Program-made: the position numbers and the translations under genes
Origin: an uncultured Bacteroidota bacterium
GTDB lineage: Bacteria > Bacteroidota > Bacteroidia > Flavobacteriales > Flavobacteriaceae
DNA length: 64,000 nt
Direction: 5' to 3'
Assembly: GCA_902517245.1 (NCBI GenBank)
Contig: CABYBK010000002.1
Coordinates: 84-64,083 of the forward strand
Notes under the pieces: model-generated
Told to the model about the DNA's origin: nothing
The model's input: only the letters and a program-made list of their open reading frames with translations
Databases searched by the model: none
Shown: piece after piece, positions 30,996 to 38,285 of the stretch
Layout: each line of letters starts with the position of its first letter
How positions within the stretch are numbered: the first letter of the stretch is position 1

Positions 30996-31925
30996 ATGAG
31001 AGTGCCATCATTTTTCGCAAAAATACTTCTATTCGGAGAGTATGGAATTATTTACAATTCTAAGGGCCTTTCAATACCTTATAAATTTTATTATGGAGCA
31101 TTAAAAATCCCCAAAACAAAATCTAACTTTAGTGACGATTCCCACAAAAAACTCCTATATTTTTCAGAATATTTAAAAAATTTAGATAAAGATTTGATAT
31201 CATTTAATTGGGAAAAATTTAACTTTGATTTAGAAAGAAAAATATATTTTGAAAGTTCAATTCCTCAAGGCTATGGTGTGGGAAGTAGCGCAGCTCTTGT
31301 TTCTGCAATTTACGATAAGTATGCTTTATCTAAAATTTTGTTTGACGAAAACTTAGACAAAAAAAGAATGCTACAGCTAAAAAATATTTTTAGTCTAATG
31401 GAATCCTTTTTTCATGGAAAATCCTCAGGTTTAGATCCTTTAAATAGTTATTTAAAGCAACCTCTATTAATTAACTCGAAAGACAATATCCAAACAATTA
31501 ATATTCCCTCACAAAATGATTATGGAAAAGGTGCAATATTTTTGGTAGACAGTGGAGAAATTGGTAAGACTGCACCAATGATATCGTTATTTATGGAAAA
31601 TATGAAAAACGAAGCTTTTAATAATTTAATTATAGAGAGATTTATTAGATATTCTGATGCTTGTATTGAAAATTTTATCAATGGGAATATTAATTTACTT
31701 TTTACAAATATTAAATCTCTTTCCAAATTTGTATTAAAAAACTTAAAACCAATGATTCCAAATACTTTTCATCAATTATGGAAGACTGGTATTGACTCTG
31801 AGACTTATTATCTTAAACTTTGTGGTTCTGGTGGAGGTGGTTTTATTTTAGGTTTCACAGAGGATTTTGAAAAAGCTCAAAAAAAATTAAAAGATTATCC
31901 TTTGAAGCTTGTTTACCTATTTTAA
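30996..31925 (+). CDS. GHMP-family kinase, mevalonate / phosphomevalonate kinase-like
   Basis: 309 aa with KILLFGEYG and PQGYGVGSSAALVSA (GHMP motif II). Adjacent to mvaD. Which substrate it phosphorylates cannot be decided by eye. Confidence 0.7.
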   Translation: MRVPSFFAKILLFGEYGIIYNSKGLSIPYKFYYGALKIPKTKSNFSDDSHKKLLYFSEYLKNLDKDLISFNWEKFNFDLERKIYFESSIPQGYGVGSSAALVSAIYDKYALSKILFDENLDKKRMLQLKNIFSLMESFFHGKSSGLDPLNSYLKQPLLINSKDNIQTINIPSQNDYGKGAIFLVDSGEIGKTAPMISLFMENMKNEAFNNLIIERFIRYSDACIENFINGNINLLFTNIKSLSKFVLKNLKPMIPNTFHQLWKTGIDSETYYLKLCGSGGGGFILGFTEDFEKAQKKLKDYPLKLVYLF

Positions 31926-32117
31926 GTTTATTGAGCCGTCTAAAAATAATAGGTTAAATGAGATTTTGATTTTTACTTTAATACTAAATTAAGTATCGTA
32001 AAGATCAAATGGATTACCTTTATATCAGTGACTTAATTTCGTTTTAGATTTTAGGTCAAATTTTTATAAGTAGCCTCAATAAAAAAAGTCTTTACATCAA
32101 TTATTATTAATTAAAAT

Positions 32118-32879
32118 ATGAAATCAAAACACTCCTCAACAATTTCAAATTCTAGAAGTCTTGCGATTGATAAAACCATTAGATTAAATAAGTTTTTATC
32201 CAATGCTGGAATTTGTTCTAGGAGGGAGGCAGATGAGCTCATTAAAATGGGCCTAGTACAAATCAATGGTCAAATAATCACAGAAATGGGTTTTAAAGTT
32301 AAGCACAATGATGAAGTCAAATACGATGGATCTCGTATTCAACAGTCTCCCCCAGAATATCTTTTACTAAATAAGCCTAAAGGATTTGTTGCAACTGCTC
32401 GTGGTGCAAAAATCAAGAAATCTGTTCAAGAGTTAATTAGTTCGGGTGTAAAAACTAAAATTCCTTCAATTGGAGATATGGGTAGGCCAATCACAGGCCT
32501 TCTATTCTTTACAAGTGATGAGATTCTAAGGGAAAAACTCAATAATTCAATTTCAATTCCTATGATATATCAGGTTACTTTAGATCAAAACATTACTAAT
32601 GATATGATGAAAAAACTCAAAGAGGGACAAATGATTTTTGACAAAATGCAAAAAGTAAATACAATTAGCCATGTTGACGGAAAATCAAAAAAAGAGGTTG
32701 GAGTAGAAGTTCATTCAATAAGTCCTGCTATTTTACAAAAGCTTTTTGCTTCAATTGGCTTAAAAGTTATTCAAATGGATCGAGTTGTTTATGGAGGGCT
32801 AAATAAAAAGGATCTTCCTCGTGGAAATTGGAGAAAATTAAGTAGCAAAGAAATTGGGTTTATGAAGATGTTTTCCTAG
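32118..32879 (+). CDS. S4-domain protein with a degenerate RsuA/RluB-type pseudouridine synthase domain (probably non-catalytic)
   Basis: 253 aa. The S4 motif is intact (RLNKFLSNAGICSRREADELI). The catalytic motif reads IGDMGRPITGLLFFTSDE instead of GRLDxxTxGLLLxTNDG, and HSISPAILQKLF replaces EGRNRQ[IV]RRMF. Confidence 0.75.
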   Translation: MKSKHSSTISNSRSLAIDKTIRLNKFLSNAGICSRREADELIKMGLVQINGQIITEMGFKVKHNDEVKYDGSRIQQSPPEYLLLNKPKGFVATARGAKIKKSVQELISSGVKTKIPSIGDMGRPITGLLFFTSDEILREKLNNSISIPMIYQVTLDQNITNDMMKKLKEGQMIFDKMQKVNTISHVDGKSKKEVGVEVHSISPAILQKLFASIGLKVIQMDRVVYGGLNKKDLPRGNWRKLSSKEIGFMKMFS

Positions 32880-34178
32880 ACGCCTCTTATTCATTTCAAA
32901 AAAGAAGCATCCATAAACCAAAACATAAGAAACTAATTGATATCCAATTTTTTCTTGAACAACATTAAATCCATAAGCACTATAACTCCAAAAAACAGTC
33001 ATGCTCCATAGAATTGGGAAAAAATATCCTGTCAGGAGACCTAATAAGATTAGATTTATAATATACCAAGGGTGAACAGTTGTAGAAATAAAAAAATAAC
33101 AGCTGAGCAGTAAAAGCATATTTTTGTAAATTTCCTTATGGGTAAAATTCGCTCGCAAAAGTGAAAATATGATCACAAATAATATTGTAATAAAAGGCGT
33201 AATTTTTCCTAATTGACGTATTATATTATAGCCCTTAATTTCATATCCAATAGCCCGTATAATATTATAAATACTACCATTGAATTCAAATGTTGTGAAC
33301 CATAGCTGAATAGTTTGAGTATAATTTTTTATCATTTCTTCACTCAAAAATGGGAACCAAAGCACGCAAGAAAAAATGATCAAGCTAAATGAGTAGATTA
33401 AAAATTTTCGCAACCCTAAGTATCTGAAAAAAATCGGAGTTAAAAGTAGGGGCAATAATTTTGTCCCCACAGCGATAGTCATAAAAAAACCTCCCAAAAC
33501 GGGTTTTTTCTTGAAACAATATAGCCAGGAAAAAACTGTGAATGTTATCATTAAGGGCTCTCCATGAAGGTTTCCAAAGCCTTCAATAATAACAAGAGGG
33601 TTTAAAAAATACCATGCAATGTTAGTCGAAGGAATTTTAAAATACTCAAAAAGTATTTTTGCACCAAAAAAAAGAAATAACTCTCCGAACATATATATAA
33701 TTCTTAGTGCAAAAATTGGCTGCAATATATCCCCTCTATTAAAGTATGCAATGGATTGAAATAAATACTGGCTTATGGGAGGGTAGTTTGAATAGTGATT
33801 ATTACTTAAATTTCCCATCTTTTCATATAAGATTCCAGAGCTTGGGAAATCAATCAAATTAATTATTTCATCGGGAGTATATCTATAAGGATTAATACCC
33901 AAAAGCTGAATATTTCCATCCCATATAAAACGATAAAAATCCTGTGAAAGTGCAGGAATATGATTCCAGAATATTAATCTGCAAACAATACCTAGAAGAA
34001 AAATACTTGTCAAGGTGCTGAAATTTCTAATCCAAAACCAAAGCATAAAAAATAAACCGCTAAAAGTAAGAAGAAGAGATAATGTGTCTGTTCTTTGTAA
34101 TTCAAATGAAAGCAAATAAAAACCAAATAAAAGAAAAGATAAAAGCCCCCAATTGACAATTTGATTATTTAATTGCAT
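32838..34178 (-). CDS. polytopic GT-C-like membrane glycosyltransferase (PIG-M/GT87/DUF2029-like)
   Basis: 446 aa with more than 10 TM helices. The first loop LSQDFYRFIWDGNIQLLGINPYRYTP...YPPISQY resembles the Dxx-YRY-W-G-NPY loop of polyprenyl-P-sugar-dependent mannosyltransferases. Confidence 0.55.
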   Translation of the reverse strand: MQLNNQIVNWGLLSFLLFGFYLLSFELQRTDTLSLLLTFSGLFFMLWFWIRNFSTLTSIFLLGIVCRLIFWNHIPALSQDFYRFIWDGNIQLLGINPYRYTPDEIINLIDFPSSGILYEKMGNLSNNHYSNYPPISQYLFQSIAYFNRGDILQPIFALRIIYMFGELFLFFGAKILFEYFKIPSTNIAWYFLNPLVIIEGFGNLHGEPLMITFTVFSWLYCFKKKPVLGGFFMTIAVGTKLLPLLLTPIFFRYLGLRKFLIYSFSLIIFSCVLWFPFLSEEMIKNYTQTIQLWFTTFEFNGSIYNIIRAIGYEIKGYNIIRQLGKITPFITILFVIIFSLLRANFTHKEIYKNMLLLLSCYFFISTTVHPWYIINLILLGLLTGYFFPILWSMTVFWSYSAYGFNVVQEKIGYQLVSYVLVYGCFFFEMNKRRLGKHLHKPNFFAT

Positions 34179-34179
34179 T

Positions 34180-35670
34180 TCAAATACTTTGTTTTAGACT
34201 ATGATAACTTACACCGGAGAACCCTAAAAATAAAAAAAGATGAAACAGAAATAAACCAATATCTAATTCTGGAATAATAATTATTGACACATACATACCA
34301 AACAGAAAGTAGATAGACATGGCTATTTCAAAAAATGAAAAAACAGAAATTTTCTTGATATTATACTTGTTATTTTTTAAATCACTTTGATCAAATTTAG
34401 GAGTTCTAACAAAAGGACTTTTTTTGCCAAAGTATCCCTCTAAAACAGCAATGGAATTATGAATTGAAAATCCCATAGCCAGAGTGTAAAAGCTAACGAA
34501 ACGTCTTATATATTTATAAAATGAACTTATACCTCCCCCAAAAACATATTTGTAAACAAACCAATAACAAACAAAAAAGATAATTGTAGATACTATAAAA
34601 AGAGTACTTATGTTATATGCTAGAGATAGTTCTGGATAGTTTGTTTTTATAAAAAGTAATGGAACACTCAGAAATGAAATCATTATTATATTTAGAAACA
34701 TACTGCTATTAATTAAATGGAAAAAAGAATTTATTTTTATCCATACTGAGTGATTTTTTGATGTCATTATGCGGCCTATATGTTTTCTAAAATTTTCTGC
34801 ACCACCCTTATTCCATCTAAATTGCTGAGACCTAATAGCATTTATTGTAATAGGCAGTTCTGCAGGTGTAACAACATCAAGAAGATATTTAAACTTCCAA
34901 TTTTTAAATTGAGCTCGATAACTCAAATCTAAATCTTCGGTCAATGTATCACCTTCCCAATTTCCAGCATCAATTATGCAACTTTTTCTCCATATTCCTG
35001 CGGTTCCATTAAAATTTATAAAATGTTGTTGTTGATTTCTTCCTACTTGTTCTAAAATAAAATGTGCGTCTAAAGCAAACGATTGGACTTTTGTTAAGAT
35101 AGAATAATTTCGATTTAGATGACCCCATCGGGTTTGAACCACTCCAACTTTAGGATCGTTAAAGTGGGGTATAGCCTTTAAAATCCAATTGGTTTTTGGT
35201 AAAAAATCAGAATCAAAAATCGCAATAAATTCACCATTAGCAGTCGTTAATCCGTTTTTCAATGCTCCTGCTTTAAAGCCTTTACGATTTTTTCTTGTAA
35301 TTATCTCTATTGGAATTCCTTGTTTTTTATATTTTAATACAAGAGCTTTCGAAATTTCTAAACATTCATCGGTAGAATCGTCTAAAACCTGAATTTGCAG
35401 TAAGTCCTTCGGGTATTCCATGGCTGTAACGCACGTAAGCAGTCTTTTTATAACATGAACTTCATTATAAATAGGTAATTGAATAGTAACTTTTGGTAGT
35501 CTTCTTGGAATCGAAGGTTCGTCTTTTTTTTGTTTTATATATTTTAAAAAATAACGCAACATGTTTAGTTGAGTTAAACTGTAAAAAAAAATCATAAGCA
35601 AACACCCAATATAGAATACTAAAATTCCATAAGCTATAAAGCGTAATATTACATTTACTGTTATTTCCAT
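34180..35670 (-). CDS. membrane-embedded processive-type GT2 (cellulose-synthase/CslA/MGlcDAG-synthase-like)
   Basis: 496 aa with an N-terminal TM, LPIYNE, DDSTD, FDSDF, QTRWGH and QQFRWNKG (QxxRW), plus several C-terminal TM helices. Confidence 0.85.
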   Translation of the reverse strand: MEITVNVILRFIAYGILVFYIGCLLMIFFYSLTQLNMLRYFLKYIKQKKDEPSIPRRLPKVTIQLPIYNEVHVIKRLLTCVTAMEYPKDLLQIQVLDDSTDECLEISKALVLKYKKQGIPIEIITRKNRKGFKAGALKNGLTTANGEFIAIFDSDFLPKTNWILKAIPHFNDPKVGVVQTRWGHLNRNYSILTKVQSFALDAHFILEQVGRNQQQHFINFNGTAGIWRKSCIIDAGNWEGDTLTEDLDLSYRAQFKNWKFKYLLDVVTPAELPITINAIRSQQFRWNKGGAENFRKHIGRIMTSKNHSVWIKINSFFHLINSSMFLNIIMISFLSVPLLFIKTNYPELSLAYNISTLFIVSTIIFFVCYWFVYKYVFGGGISSFYKYIRRFVSFYTLAMGFSIHNSIAVLEGYFGKKSPFVRTPKFDQSDLKNNKYNIKKISVFSFFEIAMSIYFLFGMYVSIIIIPELDIGLFLFHLFLFLGFSGVSYHSLKQSI

Positions 35671-36350
35671 TTAGAGAAATAGAATTTACCTATCCAAGAT
35701 AGTATTTTATATCCTGCTAAAAATGTTCCACTTACAGTTCCAGAAACCTTAGAAACCCCAATTCTGTTTCTATATTTTACTGGTATCTCAATATAAGATA
35801 GTTTTCTCCGTAAAATCTTCAACTGCATTTCTATTGTCCAACCAAAAGTTTTGTCTTCCATTCCGAGGCTCTGTAAAGTATCCCATCTAATTGCTCTAAA
35901 CGGACCTAGATCTTTAAATCTCCCATTATATAACAAGCGCATTAAAAAACAGGATAAAATATTTCCGAATATTTGAGGTATAGTCATAGAACCTTTTTCT
36001 CTAAGATTCTTTAATCTTGCACCTAAACTAAAAACAACCTCGCCCTTTATAATAGGTTCAATTAACATGTCAAGTTGCTCTGGATAGTCTGAATAGTCCC
36101 CATCCAAAAAAACCACAATTTCAGGTTTATAGTTTTCCAGGTAATTTATACCCTTAAGGCAAGCGTACCCATATCCTTTTTGTTTTTCTAGAATTACTGT
36201 TGCTCCACAGGCTTTTGCTATTCTCCCTGTATCATCACTAGATCCGTTATCAACCACTATAATTTTACTTACTTTTTCAGGAATATCTGAAATTACTTTT
36301 TCAATTGAAAGTGCCTCATTAAAAGCCGGTATAATAACAGCAATTTTTAT
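35661..36350 (-). CDS. Dpm1/ArnC-like GT2 (polyprenyl-phosphate glycosyltransferase-like); 5' end unresolved, no canonical start codon
   Basis: The ORF track starts at GTG 36257, but the frame is open upstream and encodes the expected GT-A N-terminus (I)KIAVIIPAFNEALSIEKVISDIPEKVSKIIVVDNGSSDDT. The codon where homologs have Met is ATA (36350..36348). Also DGDYSD and NRIGVSKVSG motifs. Confidence 0.75.
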   Translation of the reverse strand: MKIAVIIPAFNEALSIEKVISDIPEKVSKIIVVDNGSSDDTGRIAKACGATVILEKQKGYGYACLKGINYLENYKPEIVVFLDGDYSDYPEQLDMLIEPIIKGEVVFSLGARLKNLREKGSMTIPQIFGNILSCFLMRLLYNGRFKDLGPFRAIRWDTLQSLGMEDKTFGWTIEMQLKILRRKLSYIEIPVKYRNRIGVSKVSGTVSGTFLAGYKILSWIGKFYFSKWK

Positions 36351-36362
36351 AAGTAATAAGGT

Positions 36363-36779
36363 TTATTTTTTTAATTCAATTTGTTGTTGTGGAACGATAT
36401 ATTCATCAAAGTACCATCCAGATAATGATTCAAAAGCTAGAAAAAAAGAAACTCCAAAAGTTAGAAGTAAAAAGGTTAATAAAGTCAAATTCAACTTTTT
36501 TCTTTTAGGATCAATTGAACATTGATTTTGTTTTTTTCTATACATGATAAAGCCATAAACTCCGAAGAAACACGCTAGAATTCTAAGTAAAATAGATCCT
36601 GTTCCCAAACTTCCATCTTCTGCATAAAAAAAATCTGCAAAAGAGATAGCAACAACACCTCCCATCAAACCAAACATAAATAAAATTGCTGGAGCTACAC
36701 AACAAATCATTCCAGTTAAAGCTGATATTAAACCAAATTTAAGAGACCATTTAAAAGCATTTGGACTTTTCATTTTCAT
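36363..36779 (-). CDS. 4-TM membrane protein with an intramembrane Cys-Cys-x-x-Pro motif
   Basis: 138 aa. TM1 carries GMICCVAPAILF. No family recognised by eye. Its TAA stop is in the same frame as the downstream GT2. Confidence 0.6.
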   Translation of the reverse strand: MKMKSPNAFKWSLKFGLISALTGMICCVAPAILFMFGLMGGVVAISFADFFYAEDGSLGTGSILLRILACFFGVYGFIMYRKKQNQCSIDPKRKKLNLTLLTFLLLTFGVSFFLAFESLSGWYFDEYIVPQQQIELKK

Positions 36780-36798
36780 ATTACTGTAAAATTAATAC

Positions 36799-37512
36799 TT
36801 ATTGTTTATTTAACATCCAATTATAATCAAGATAATTTATAACAGGTTTATTGAATTTTAGATTAGAATATTTTTCTATAAAACTTAGTTTTTCCTGTTT
36901 AGATCCAAAATCTTTTTTAAACCAAAAAAAAATTTTTGATAATTTGAGTTCATTTTTTAATAAAATATTTTTTGAAGTATCAAGCAAGAACGATCGTGTT
37001 GCATCGATAAGCTGAGTTTCTATTTTTTTTTCTTGGAATGCAAAATTTAATAATTTAGGACAGGATATTGAGGCACAATTAATAGCAAAATGAATTCGAG
37101 GCTCGTTCATTTTTCTTAAAATTTTATGTTCTATATCACCCAAACTATATTCTTTACCACCAGTACTGAAACATTTCTTATCCCATGGTGATTTAATGTC
37201 CTTAATACTCTTAAGCGGGAAATTTTCTAAAATTAGTTTAATAGTTAATGAATTATAGGCATTTATCCAATAAGCTAGTTTGTAATTTTTTGATGCTTTC
37301 TCTCTTGGTGGAAATTTTGATAAAGTATTTATGTATGCATCTAGATTATTTTGGTCCTTTTTCCAACCTTTATAATTAACATTACCATTGACAGACACAT
37401 ATTCTTGTAGTTGATTATTCCATCGATGATGAATATTTTTTTGGCTAAATGAAGATAAGCTGATTAAACCAACTATCAAATAAAGAAGGAATTTTGTGGA
37501 TTTAATATTCAT
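36799..37512 (-). CDS. secreted DUF547-like protein
   Basis: 237 aa with a signal peptide. AYWINAYNSLTIKLILENFPLKSIKDI...RIHFAINCASISCP is the DUF547 core as I recall it. Confidence 0.65.
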   Translation of the reverse strand: MNIKSTKFLLYLIVGLISLSSFSQKNIHHRWNNQLQEYVSVNGNVNYKGWKKDQNNLDAYINTLSKFPPREKASKNYKLAYWINAYNSLTIKLILENFPLKSIKDIKSPWDKKCFSTGGKEYSLGDIEHKILRKMNEPRIHFAINCASISCPKLLNFAFQEKKIETQLIDATRSFLLDTSKNILLKNELKLSKIFFWFKKDFGSKQEKLSFIEKYSNLKFNKPVINYLDYNWMLNKQ

Positions 37513-37617
37513 AAATCAATTTATGATAAATAATATAGCTAAATATAATTTATTTAATAATTAAGTTGTAGAGATCTTATTAATCGAATTATCATAAATA
37601 AGATAAATTATAAAATT

Positions 37618-38229
37618 TTAGATGAAAGTATTTTTGTATTGAGCGTGTAAAGAAGTATGTGCTTTAAGACTTTTTTTGTTGTCTATATCATTTTTTATAT
37701 CCAAACAGTAAATAGAATTATCCTTGGCTTTTGACAAAGTTTTTCTAAAGACTTCTTTTTTACTCCAAGGTATATCTTTAAAAATTTCTTTATTTAAATT
37801 TTTCATCCCTATTAAATAATATCCTCCATCATAGCATGGTCCTATAACAATATCTGTATTTTCTAGTGCTTTTTTTGCTTCCAATAAAGTGTCTTGATTT
37901 AAGGTCCACAAATCAGTTCCTATTAGAATAACATTTTCATATTTTTGATCAAATGCCCAGAGAAAAGCGGCCTCCATTTTTTCACCAAGATTTTTTCCTT
38001 TTTGGATTTCAAATTTTTTAACATGCTTGAAAATTGATTCTAATTTTGAACTTTTCTTATTTTTAAATACAACGGTATCAAGCTTTGTGTGAAATGATAT
38101 TTTTGCTGTGTGCTGAAGAATTTTATTATATATCCAAAGGGAAGCCTCCATACCTACATCTCTTCCAAGGCGTCTTTTTACTTTACCTATTTGAGGATGT
38201 TTTGCAAAAATAATGAGAAGAGTTTTCAT
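37618..38229 (-). CDS. DUF2064 / TIGR04282-like nucleotidyl/glycosyl-transferase-fold protein
   Basis: 203 aa. LLIIFAKHPQIGKVKRRLG ... IGTD ... DGGYYLIGM ... IPWSKKEVFRKTL matches the DUF2064 signature as I recall it. Confidence 0.65.
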   Translation of the reverse strand: MKTLLIIFAKHPQIGKVKRRLGRDVGMEASLWIYNKILQHTAKISFHTKLDTVVFKNKKSSKLESIFKHVKKFEIQKGKNLGEKMEAAFLWAFDQKYENVILIGTDLWTLNQDTLLEAKKALENTDIVIGPCYDGGYYLIGMKNLNKEIFKDIPWSKKEVFRKTLSKAKDNSIYCLDIKNDIDNKKSLKAHTSLHAQYKNTFI

Positions 38230-38285
38230 ATATCAAAAGTTCAAAACCCAATCGCTTTTTCTCCAAGAAAGGTTATTTAAAATTT

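Noticed and set aside
31926-32117. A 192-nt spacer after the GHMP kinase, inspected for an ncRNA or small ORF. It contains an imperfect hairpin, CTTTAATACT...AGTATCGTAAAG.
   Set aside because: The hairpin has a bulge and no T-tract, and the longest ORF is 12 codons. Nothing rises above AT-rich background.
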